DNA from: an uncultured candidate division Zixibacteria bacterium
GTDB taxonomy: Bacteria > Zixibacteria > MSB-5A5 > GN15 > FEB-12
Direction of reading: 5' to 3'
Length of the DNA stretch: 64,000 nt
Assembly (NCBI GenBank): GCA_963735035.1
Contig: CAVTJJ010000004.1
Span: 512,001-576,000 of the forward strand
Positions 42,476 through 50,764 of the stretch are shown here, piece after piece. Each line of letters opens with the position of its first letter. The first letter of the stretch is position 1. A program made the translations under genes and the position numbers. The notes below the pieces were generated by a model. It saw nothing but the letters and a program-made list of their open reading frames with translations. It did no database searches and was not told the DNA's origin.

Positions 42476-43954
42476 ATGCGAAAGTTCGGGTTGCGTATCG
42501 GTTATCGCACATTCATAATTGCCCTTCTGCTGATGGCCACATCTGTATGGGCCCGTGATCTGACTTTGGATCAGGCGCTTGAAATCGCCCTAAATCGTAC
42601 GATGCGAGGGGAAATGATCGAGGGCAATCTGGACGTCGCGCAGCAGTTGTACTCCGCCCGACGGATCAACATGTATTTGCCCGAGATTTCCATCAACGGT
42701 TCGCTGCCCAGTCTGCGTAAGTCCGAGGCTTATGAAGAACTTCGTCTGGGCGAGTTCGGCTGGTCCAACCGCCGGTACTACGATTACACGACGTTTGTGG
42801 AGCTTCAGCAGACACTTATCACCGGTGGCACATTGACCGCGACCGCAGATCTAGCCTCGGAAAATCGTCGGCTCCCGTTTACGTCCCGCAAATCCGGAGT
42901 GTCCGATCTGCAGGATCAGTTCAGTAAGAGCGGCTCTCTTCGATTGAGTCTCGCGCAGCCGTTGTTCCGGCCTTCCTCGGTGAAGAACGAGCTTCACAAT
43001 CGCCAGGATGATCTTGAGATTGCGCGTGTCACGCGGGTCGAGGAAACCGCGAAACTCAAGCGGGAAGTGACCGAAGCGTATCTTGGCACGCTGCAGCTTG
43101 CCTTGAAAGACGACATTGCCTCGCGCAAGCTCGATCAGGCGTCGCTGCAGGAAGGGATCGACTCGGCCAAACTGAGCGATGGGGTTTTGTCGGAAGAGGA
43201 TTATCTGCTGTCGACATCGGCGCGTCTGGACGCCGAATTGGCTGGGCACACCGCCGAGACCGATCTGGGAGAGAAGAAGCGAGAATTGGCGACTCTGCTC
43301 GATGTCGATGCCACCGAAGCGCTCGACTTGCTCATGCCCGAGATTCCCACACATGTGGACAGCGCTACGCGCGCAACATTGATTGCCAATTGGGAGCAGA
43401 CCGCGCCCATTCGCAAGGCGAGTCACACGCTCGACAAAGCGAAGAGAGAGGCCGATTACGCTGCGGCCGGTCACGGCCTGACCGGCGATCTGGCGGCGTC
43501 ATATTCTTTCGGCCAGCAGGATGTGCGGGTCGAAAACATTGATACGGCCACCATCAATAATTACCGCACCAACAACTGGACCGTGGCCTTGCAGTTGAAA
43601 TTGCCACTTTGGGACGGCGGTGCTGGAAGCGCGGCAGTACGAGCCGCGAGGTATCAGGCCGAGCAGGCCAATTACGAGTTTACCCGCGCCCAGCGCTCCG
43701 CCCGAGCCAAAATCATCAATTTGCTTAACCAGCTCGACGTCTCCTATCAGCGCCTCGATATCATAAAGAAACAGATCGGCCTGGCCGAGGAACGCCTCGA
43801 GATCGCCAATCAGCGCTTCGCCGACGGCCGTATTTCAAGGTTGACCCTGCTTAACAGCGAGGTTTTCTTGCTGGAGACTAAAGACCGCTACCTGGAAGAA
43901 TTGAAAAAGTACCTGGTGAATCGAATCGATCTCGACAGCCAGTATCTTATCTGA
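42476..43954 (+). CDS. TolC-family outer membrane protein
   Basis: Signal peptide, LTLDQALEIAL, LAQPLF, LKLPLWDGG; operon with adaptor and permease. Confidence 0.88.
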   Translation: MRKFGLRIGYRTFIIALLLMATSVWARDLTLDQALEIALNRTMRGEMIEGNLDVAQQLYSARRINMYLPEISINGSLPSLRKSEAYEELRLGEFGWSNRRYYDYTTFVELQQTLITGGTLTATADLASENRRLPFTSRKSGVSDLQDQFSKSGSLRLSLAQPLFRPSSVKNELHNRQDDLEIARVTRVEETAKLKREVTEAYLGTLQLALKDDIASRKLDQASLQEGIDSAKLSDGVLSEEDYLLSTSARLDAELAGHTAETDLGEKKRELATLLDVDATEALDLLMPEIPTHVDSATRATLIANWEQTAPIRKASHTLDKAKREADYAAAGHGLTGDLAASYSFGQQDVRVENIDTATINNYRTNNWTVALQLKLPLWDGGAGSAAVRAARYQAEQANYEFTRAQRSARAKIINLLNQLDVSYQRLDIIKKQIGLAEERLEIANQRFADGRISRLTLLNSEVFLLETKDRYLEELKKYLVNRIDLDSQYLI

Positions 43955-44997
43955 TGAGCACGAAGATTCTCATACGCACGCCCAATCATCTGGGCGACTG
44001 CATAATGGCGATGCCGATGATCAACGAGACCCGCGAGGCCTATCCGGGGTCGACGGTGACCGTCCTTACCCCTGAGCACCTGTCCGATTTGTTCACCAGC
44101 AATCCCGGCATAGATCGAATCCTGACGATCCCCACGCATCACGTTCATGGCGTGATAGGTGTCTTCAAGGTCAAAGAGATAATTTCTTCGGACGAGTACG
44201 ACATCGGCTACGTCCTGCCTCCTTCGTTCGGGGCGGCCTCGTCGTTCAAGCTGGGCGGGGTGAAAGAGCGGATCGGGTACATTGCCGACGGCCGTCGCAT
44301 GCTGCTTACTAAGCCGCTGCCTTTGCCGACTCCGCTCAACTCGGAACACCGTTCCAAGGTCTATTTTGATTTGCTTCGTCGCGGCGGCGGCGTCTCGCTC
44401 GAATACGTGAAGCCGAAAGTGTTCCTGAGTGAAGCCGACGGCGAAGCGGCTTTCAAGCTGCTGGTCGGATTTGGTGTAAGCGAATCTGACCGTTACGCCG
44501 TAATCGCTTTTCGCGCCGTGGCGGAATCGCGCCGCTGGGGAACCGAAAATTATACCGAGCTGTGTCGTCGTTTGCATTCGGTTTATTCGTTGAAAGTAGT
44601 GCTGGTGGGCACCGAGGAAAATCGCAAAGTGGGGGATGAAATTGCCGGCGCCGCCGGAGGAGCCGAGGGCCTTACCGTAAATCTGGCCGGGAAGACCTCG
44701 CTGCGCGAGTTGGCGGCGGTCTGTTCGCGGGCGGTCGTGTTTGTAGGGAATGATTCCGGCCCGGCCCATCTGGTGGCCGCGGTCGGCGCGCCGCTGGTGG
44801 TTTTGTCAGGGGCGGACGATCCTCAGGAGACGTCGCCCATGGCGAGTAAGAAGCGCCTGATCATTCGCGATCAGTTGGAGTGCATCAGTTGCGTCAAGAA
44901 CAAGTGTCCGCTCAAGGGTGATGCTTTCATGCGCTGCATGACGGAGATTACGGTCGATTCGGTCATGGCCGAGGTGGCGGCGCTGATGCAGGGGTAG
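43954..44997 (+). CDS. waaF: Lipopolysaccharide heptosyltransferase II (GT9)
   Basis: KILIRTPNHLGDCIMA, NLAGKTSL, GNDSGPAHLVAAVG. Confidence 0.88.
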   Translation: MSTKILIRTPNHLGDCIMAMPMINETREAYPGSTVTVLTPEHLSDLFTSNPGIDRILTIPTHHVHGVIGVFKVKEIISSDEYDIGYVLPPSFGAASSFKLGGVKERIGYIADGRRMLLTKPLPLPTPLNSEHRSKVYFDLLRRGGGVSLEYVKPKVFLSEADGEAAFKLLVGFGVSESDRYAVIAFRAVAESRRWGTENYTELCRRLHSVYSLKVVLVGTEENRKVGDEIAGAAGGAEGLTVNLAGKTSLRELAAVCSRAVVFVGNDSGPAHLVAAVGAPLVVLSGADDPQETSPMASKKRLIIRDQLECISCVKNKCPLKGDAFMRCMTEITVDSVMAEVAALMQG

Positions 44998-45214
44998 ATT
45001 GAAACGACCAACCCACAGCAAGCTGTGGGGTACCATGCTTCGACATTCTTGTAGGGCAGGACCGTCCTCGCCTGCTCGCCGGGGCGAGAACCTGCCAAAG
45101 ACCTGACGCAACTTTGGAATTCAATCAGGTATTCGTGTATAAGTTGTTGCCAACGGGGGCTTGTCAGTGTTTCTTTCCGTCGCCTAATTTGGCAATGATT
45201 GCAGGATTGACTGA

Positions 45215-46102
45215 ATGAACAGGGAACTCGCCACAAAAGAAAAGACCACCGTCGCGTTGTCCTCGGTTGTCGCCGCGATCTTTTTGACCGGGTCGAAGAC
45301 CGTCATCGGTCTCTTGACCGGCAGTCTTGGTATCCTGGCCGAGGCGCTTCACTCCGGTTTGGACCTGCTGGCGGCGGTCATTACCTACTTCTCTGTTCGC
45401 ATTTCCGACCGACCGGCCGATCGAGACCATCATTTCGGCCACGGTAAAGTCGAGAACCTCTCCGCCCTATTTGAGACTGTTCTACTACTGGTCACCTGCA
45501 TTTGGATCATATACGAGGCAGTGCACCGCTTGACGACCGGGAAGGTAGAAATCGAAGTCACATACTGGAGTTATATCGTCGTAATCGCTTCCATTCTAAT
45601 AGATTTCACTCGGTCGCGGGCGCTCATGAAGGCCGCTAAGAAGCACAATTCCCAGGCGTTGGAAGCCGACGCGCTTCATTTCTCGACTGATATCTGGAGC
45701 TCGGCGGTCGTGCTGCTCGGCCTGGTCTGCGCCCAAATTGGCTGGCATTCGGCCGACTCCTTCGCGGCCCTGGTGGTGGCGGCGATTGTCATATATGTCT
45801 GCTACAACCTGGGCAAACGCGCCGTCTCGGTGTTGCTCGACCGGGCGCCTGATGGTTCGCTGGAGACAATCTACGAGACCGCCGCCAAGATGCCGGAAAT
45901 TTTCGCCGTGCATGACATACGAATTCGCAATTCGGGGGCGGATGTGTTCGTCGATATGTCAATTCACGTGGACAGCCGGCTGACAATTGCCCAGGCGCAC
46001 GATATTTCGGATCGGCTGGAACTTGAATTGCAGCGGAAGATAGCCCGCTGTCAGGTTCACGTTCATCAGGAACCTCAGGAAGATTCGGAAGCGGACAGCT
46101 GA
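45215..46102 (+). CDS. Cation diffusion facilitator (FieF-like)
   Basis: AEALHSGLD, PADRDHHFGHGKVE, ADALHFSTD, AHDI...VHQEP. Confidence 0.93.
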   Translation: MNRELATKEKTTVALSSVVAAIFLTGSKTVIGLLTGSLGILAEALHSGLDLLAAVITYFSVRISDRPADRDHHFGHGKVENLSALFETVLLLVTCIWIIYEAVHRLTTGKVEIEVTYWSYIVVIASILIDFTRSRALMKAAKKHNSQALEADALHFSTDIWSSAVVLLGLVCAQIGWHSADSFAALVVAAIVIYVCYNLGKRAVSVLLDRAPDGSLETIYETAAKMPEIFAVHDIRIRNSGADVFVDMSIHVDSRLTIAQAHDISDRLELELQRKIARCQVHVHQEPQEDSEADS

Positions 46103-46193
46103 GCGGGCCTCCGCTCTCTGGTTCCCTTTTCTTGTTCGGATATCCTCTTCTGTACTTCACTCAACGGGTGGGATTTGGAGCGCGGCGTCCAGC

Positions 46194-46450
46194 CCCGTCA
46201 TGCCCGACTTGGTCGGGCAACCATGGCCACTCGCACTTGCAGAATGTGAAGCGCCAACTTGAGGGTCAGACGCGGGACGAGACTTCTTGAGCATCCGATC
46301 AATCTTTCACAAGACATTAGTCTCTATCGGTCATCAACTCGCTCGATTGTTATGTACCATTGTCCAGCGCGACAGCCCATGGACCCCCGACGCCTCGGGG
46401 GTGACGGCCTTTCGGCCGTCTATACACGTTTCGGTACCCCACCAACGGGT
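46194..46450. repeat. REP-bounded ~230-bp element homologous to ~37383-37610
   Basis: Same ends (CGTCATGCCCGAC... and ...CCCCCGACG.CTCGGGGGTGACGGCC) with a diverged interior. Confidence 0.8.
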
Positions 46451-46503
46451 GGGGATTATTCGACGTGTAACCTGCCGCGTTTCATCAACGCGACATTCGC
46501 AAG

Positions 46504-46551
46504 TCACTCCCCAAATGCAAACTGCCAGTACGCCAGCGCGGCGATCACGAT
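46504..46551 (-). pseudogene. Remnant copy of the 3' end of the adjacent zinc-ribbon gene
   Basis: Encodes IVIAALAYWQFAFGE*, identical to 46670-46717, with 7 synonymous differences. An in-frame TGA lies 2 codons upstream. Confidence 0.8.
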
Positions 46552-46669
46552 TTGAACTCATCAATACGAGCCGGCAGATGTGGGCATCTGCCGGGCACTT
46601 GGCGACATTCGAGATCGCTATCGCTCGCCCGCGAAGCACGGACGAGGCACGTGATAACGGATGCGGATA

Positions 46670-46894
46670 TCACTCCCCGAACGCAAACTGCCAGTAAGCC
46701 AATGCAGCGATTACGATCGAGAACGCCACCCCAGCAATAAACCCAGCCCGGAAATTGTCGTACCGACCAAGAAACGATTTCTTCTTTTCGGCGCGGCTAA
46801 CCAGATCGGCGTGACAGTGCTTGCAGCGGATTGCGCCCGCCGCTATGGGTTCCTTACAAAAAGGACAACGCGTGGTTTCTTTCGCCAGAGACAT
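46670..46894 (-). CDS. Small zinc-ribbon membrane protein
   Basis: CPFC...CKHC plus C-terminal TM; 74 aa. Confidence 0.8.
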   Translation of the reverse strand: MSLAKETTRCPFCKEPIAAGAIRCKHCHADLVSRAEKKKSFLGRYDNFRAGFIAGVAFSIVIAALAYWQFAFGE

Positions 46895-47138
46895 GGTTTA
46901 AGATTGCTCAGGGACAGTGTGCGAATCAACCACAAAACAAAGCGTCAGGTCACACCTCGCCCGACTCCGTCAGCCTCGGCAAGACCCCCGATCTGGTCGG
47001 GGGAAAGCTCTGACGCAACAGTATTGGGGAGCAGATGGGCGGTAAGGCAGGGACGCCTGACCGCACGCTTGACAGGTCGCCTGACCGCACGCCCGGCTGG
47101 TGCGGTAGTCGCCGTACTCGGTCCACATTCGAATCATG

Positions 47139-47358
47139 TTGACAAGTGGTCTGTGCGGGAATATTTTGGTTGTGAGACAGGGCCAGTGTTCACCAGGTAT
47201 CCGCTCAGAAATTCTCCCACTGGACTCATTTGAAATATTGATCTTTTTCACGCGGCCGGAGCGTTTTGTGTCCGACACCGAATTTGACACTCGACATTGC
47301 AAAAATTATGGGCGTGTATTCGCCCTTACCACTTCACAATATGAAAGGAGAATTTGAA
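47139..47358 (+). promoter_or_regulatory. Sigma70-type promoter and conserved leader of precursor A1
   Basis: TTGACA(47139)-17 bp-TATTTT(47162); leader homologous to 47634-47851; AAGGAG RBS at 47345. Confidence 0.7.
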
Positions 47359-47454
47359 GTGAAACTAATCCAACTGCCGGGTTTGGAGTCACATCCGAAA
47401 CCGCCGCTCTGTATCGCCAAGGGTCCGCTGTATATCATCTGCGGGCACTACTAG
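47359..47454 (+). CDS. Putative RiPP precursor A1: MKLIQLPGLESHPKPPLCIAKGPLYIICGHY (31 aa)
   Basis: AAGGAG 8 nt before GTG; paralog of 47852-47944; upstream of rSAM/SPASM genes. Confidence 0.8.
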   Translation: MKLIQLPGLESHPKPPLCIAKGPLYIICGHY

Positions 47455-47475
47455 GATTCATAGTTGAATCACAGT

Positions 47476-47506
47476 CAAGCGCCGGCGGCCTCACGGCCGG
47501 CGCTTG
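47476..47506 (+). terminator. Stem-loop after precursor A1
   Basis: CAAGCGCCGGC-GGCCTCACG-GCCGGCGCTTG; weak U-tract. Confidence 0.6.
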
Positions 47507-47633
47507 GCCACTTCGTTTCGACTCACCCACAGACATAAGCTCAGTCGCACGATTACCCCAACCGCTAAAGCACACGGGTACACTCCCTTTTCTAGGAATT
47601 CAAGTTGACTGTGTCACAGTTGATCGAATCAGG

Positions 47634-47851
47634 TTGACAAGCCGCGTGACCGAGAATATTTTGTCTCTAAGACAGGGTCAGTGCGCACCGGGTATCCGCA
47701 TTTATTTTCTTCCACTTGACTCAATTCGAATGAACTTGTTCGCACGGCCGGAGCGTTTTGTGTCCGACACCGAATTTGGCACTCGTTATTGCAGCAATAA
47801 TGGGCGTAAGTGCGCCCATTCTATGAAACCTCACACAATAGGAGACGTCAC
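47634..47851 (+). promoter_or_regulatory. Sigma70-type promoter and conserved leader of precursor A2
   Basis: TTGACA(47634)-17 bp-TATTTT(47657); AGGAG RBS at 47840. Confidence 0.7.
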
Positions 47852-47944
47852 ATGAAGTTGATCCAACTCCCCGGTATGGAGCCGGTCGAACAGAAGCCCT
47901 GCCCGTCCAAAGGCATTTGGTACATCATCTGTTCAATTCATTAA
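47852..47944 (+). CDS. Putative RiPP precursor A2: MKLIQLPGMEPVEQKPCPSKGIWYIICSIH (30 aa)
   Basis: Manual translation (below the ORF-track cutoff); AGGAG RBS; shares MKLIQLPG.E and C-x2-KG-x2-YIIC with A1. Confidence 0.82.
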   Translation: MKLIQLPGMEPVEQKPCPSKGIWYIICSIH

Positions 47945-47960
47945 TTGATAGTGTGGTAGA

Positions 47961-47990
47961 GAACATGCGTCGGTTGCCCGGCGCATGTTC
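47961..47990 (+). other. Stem-loop between precursor A2 and the first maturase
   Basis: GAACATGCGTCGG-TTGC-CCGGCGCATGTTC; no U-run, so probably a leaky terminator or mRNA stabiliser. Confidence 0.6.
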
Positions 47991-48042
47991 CTTAACATCC
48001 AGGCCCCTCAGGTTTCACCCGTAGTATCTCCTGGCATTAGAC

Positions 48043-49383
48043 ATGAAAGCTTCCCCGTATAATCATTTCTTTGAGTTGCTCGACGGCCGAGTTGTCCTCG
48101 CTTACAACAGCTTGTCTGGGAAGGTGGCCGAAATCGAGCCGGAACATTACGCGGCCGTACGAGACCTTCTGAACGACCCGGGACAGTCACGCGACGCAAA
48201 GTCCGAAGAGTTCTATCAGTGTCTGTGCGATGGCGGGTTTCTGATTCCCGACGGCGTCGATCAGCACGCCGCCCTTAGAGTAAACGCTCGGTCCGCGCGA
48301 CTTCAAGGGTCGGCCCTCACCCTGACTATTGCCCCGACCCTGGCCTGTAATTTTGCGTGCGATTACTGCTTCGAAGCGCGTTCCAACATTCTCATGTCGA
48401 AGGATACCCAGGCGGCCCTGTTGTCGTTCGTCGATCAACAACTGTATCGGTTCTCCGGCCTGCGGATCTGCTGGTTCGGCGGGGAACCGACTCTCTGCCT
48501 TCCGGTAATCGAACGGTTGCAACATCAGCTTCGAGCCCTTGCGGAAAAGCACCATGCCAGCCTGCTTCCGGCCATGATCATTACCAACGGCTACCTGATG
48601 GATGCAACCATGGCAACGCGGCTGCGTGAACTCGGTGTGAGACAGGCCCAGATCACGCTCGATGGGCCCGAGGCCGTGCACGACCGTCGACGCAAACTGC
48701 GCAATGGCAAGGGTACGTTCAGCAGAATTATCGAGAACCTTCGCGAAACGGTCGACATTCTGCGGATCAATTTGAGAATCAACATCGACAGGGACAATGT
48801 CGATACGGCCTGCGAAGTGGCCGAGATCCTCCGGCAAAACGGAATACTGGGCAAAGTGAAGGTCAACTTCGCTCAGATCACGGCATCCGACACGGTCTGC
48901 TCGGATGTCAGGGAAAGATGCCAGGACAGTCGCGAGTTCGCCGGAATCCTGGAGAAGATCTACCGCACGTTTCACGAGTCGGGAGTTCACGAAATAAATC
49001 ACCCTCAAGTATCGCCCGAGGGTACCTGTGGGGCCGTATCTGAGGGGTATTACGTGGTATCACCCAACGGTTTCCTGTTCAAATGCTGGGAGGACTTGTC
49101 GGTGACCGGCGACAAATCGATCGGTACCGTCTTTACGCCGGAGCTGAACGAACAGCAGAAGACGAATCTGGAGAGCTACCGGGCATGGCAACCACTTAAA
49201 CTCGAGGGGTGTCAGGCCTGCAAAGTCTTGCCGGTCTGCATGGGCGGCTGTCCGGCCCGCGGCCGCGAGTTGATCAACCCCACCCACGGCGCCTGTACAA
49301 CTTGGAAATATAACCTGAAAGAAATGCTGGAACTGGCTTACATCGCAGCTAACCGTCCGTCCGAGCCACACGGGAATTCATGA
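48043..49383 (+). CDS. Radical SAM/SPASM peptide maturase with ~90-aa N-terminal extension (probable RRE)
   Basis: CNFACDYC, WFGGEP, ITNG, QITLDG; SPASM C...NGFLFKC...CQACKVLPVCMGGC...C. Confidence 0.9.
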   Translation: MKASPYNHFFELLDGRVVLAYNSLSGKVAEIEPEHYAAVRDLLNDPGQSRDAKSEEFYQCLCDGGFLIPDGVDQHAALRVNARSARLQGSALTLTIAPTLACNFACDYCFEARSNILMSKDTQAALLSFVDQQLYRFSGLRICWFGGEPTLCLPVIERLQHQLRALAEKHHASLLPAMIITNGYLMDATMATRLRELGVRQAQITLDGPEAVHDRRRKLRNGKGTFSRIIENLRETVDILRINLRINIDRDNVDTACEVAEILRQNGILGKVKVNFAQITASDTVCSDVRERCQDSREFAGILEKIYRTFHESGVHEINHPQVSPEGTCGAVSEGYYVVSPNGFLFKCWEDLSVTGDKSIGTVFTPELNEQQKTNLESYRAWQPLKLEGCQACKVLPVCMGGCPARGRELINPTHGACTTWKYNLKEMLELAYIAANRPSEPHGNS

Positions 49384-50414
49384 CTGTGAACACCGCGCCT
49401 ACTACCCCTGAACGAAAGTTTGAAGTCATCGGCTGGGAAATCACCGGTCAGTGCAATTTGAAGTGTGCCCATTGTTTCACGGCCGCCGCGACCCGTCCCC
49501 ATGATGAACTCAGCACGACCGAGTGTCGCCGGGTGATAGACTCACTCCACACACTCGGTGTTGAAATGATCGGCTGGACCGGCGGCGAACCGCTCCTGCG
49601 AGCCGACCTTGAAGAGCTCAGCGCCTACGCCTGGGAAAAGGGGATGCGCAGCACGATTACGTCCAACGGCGTTCTCATGTCCGAGGAGCGTGCCGCGAAT
49701 TTAATCGCAGCCGGTAATCGCACAATTCAGATCAGCCTGGACGGTTCTACGGCTGCCAGGAACCACTTGATGCGCGGCACTACCGACGCCGAGTACGACG
49801 CCGTTGTGAAGGCAATTCGCGTATGTAAGAAGGCGGGCGCCCGCGTGGTGATGGCATCGTTGGTGGGGCGTGAAAATCTCGATGATGTCGCCGCCCTTCT
49901 CGATTTCGCAAAGCGCGAGGGGGTGGATACGATTCGGTTTTGCGGCTTCACTCCGGTTGGTCGGGGCAAACACCAGAAGGTGCAGGATCGGCTCCTCATC
50001 TCGGATCGAATGAAAGAATTGCTCGAATTTATCAGGCAGGCTCAGGAAGAGGTTTCACTTCTGACCGAGTTCGACGTCGGTTTTGGTCCAGTCCCACCGG
50101 TATTTGATTTCCACAAATGTGTCGCCGGGGTCAAGACCTGTTACATCAAAGGGAATGGCGACGTTTATCCCTGTACCGCTCTGTGTGTGCCACAATTCCT
50201 AATCGGGAATGTGCGGGAACGATCGTTGGAAGAATTGTGGGAGATGCCCATGATGAGAGCGGCGTCGGAATATCCGCACGAACAAATTACCGGCCCGTGT
50301 CGGACGTGCGACAATTTTGCCGCCTGTCACGGGGCCTGTCGCGGGGCTACTCTGGCGATGACGGGCGACATCAACGCTTCGTTTCCGCACTGTCTGTATC
50401 GAGCGGCTCTCTGA
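49380..50414 (+). CDS. Radical SAM/SPASM enzyme (PqqE/MftC/NirJ-like architecture, no N-terminal RRE)
   Basis: WEITGQCNLKCAHC, WTGGEPLLR, QISLDG; SPASM C.AG...C.I..NGDVYPC...CRTCDNFAACHGAC...C; ATGA overlap with the previous gene. Confidence 0.9.
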   Translation: MTVNTAPTTPERKFEVIGWEITGQCNLKCAHCFTAAATRPHDELSTTECRRVIDSLHTLGVEMIGWTGGEPLLRADLEELSAYAWEKGMRSTITSNGVLMSEERAANLIAAGNRTIQISLDGSTAARNHLMRGTTDAEYDAVVKAIRVCKKAGARVVMASLVGRENLDDVAALLDFAKREGVDTIRFCGFTPVGRGKHQKVQDRLLISDRMKELLEFIRQAQEEVSLLTEFDVGFGPVPPVFDFHKCVAGVKTCYIKGNGDVYPCTALCVPQFLIGNVRERSLEELWEMPMMRAASEYPHEQITGPCRTCDNFAACHGACRGATLAMTGDINASFPHCLYRAAL

Positions 50415-50468
50415 CATCTCAATCTACATAACACAAAGAGAACGTCAGGCCCGGGGGCCGTATCGTTT

Positions 50469-50721
50469 GATCGGCAGGGTTCTAACCCTGCCGTTTTTTC
50501 GGCGGGCCGGGAGGCCTGCCGATCACAGGATGAGGCTGTCTTACCCGAAAAAGAAACGGCAGGCCCGGAGGCCAAATCGTTGATCGGCAGGGTTCCAACC
50601 CTGCCGTTTTTTCGGCAGGCCCGGAGGCCTGCCGATCACGGAATGAGGCTGTCTTACCCGAAAAAGAAACGGCAGGCCGGGAGGCCAAATCGTTTGATCG
50701 GCAGGGTTCCAACCCTGCCGA
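50469..50721. repeat. Tandem ~114-bp palindromic repeat (two full copies and one partial)
   Basis: Three CGGCAGGGTTC(T/C)AACCCTGCCG hairpins alternating with GGCAGGCCCGGAGGCC-type hairpins, between convergent genes. Confidence 0.85.
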
Positions 50722-50764
50722 TTATGTTTGCTGAGATTTGTCGATCAACAATTGAAATCAGTGA

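Noticed and set aside
47266..47358. N-terminal extension of precursor A1 in the ORF track (62 aa)
   Set aside because: The RBS position and alignment with A2 place the start at GTG 47359.
47776..47793. Sigma54-like TTGGCACTCGTTATTGCA in the A2 leader
   Set aside because: GG-to-GC spacing is 11 rather than 10, and the A1 copy has GA instead of GG.
47136..47855. Two 73-aa ORFs (47136-47357, 47634-47855) sharing RPERFVSDTEF
   Set aside because: They begin at or inside the -35 box and lack an RBS. Their similarity follows from the DNA duplication, and the most conserved block has no synonymous variation. Treated as leader sequence, though not fully excluded.
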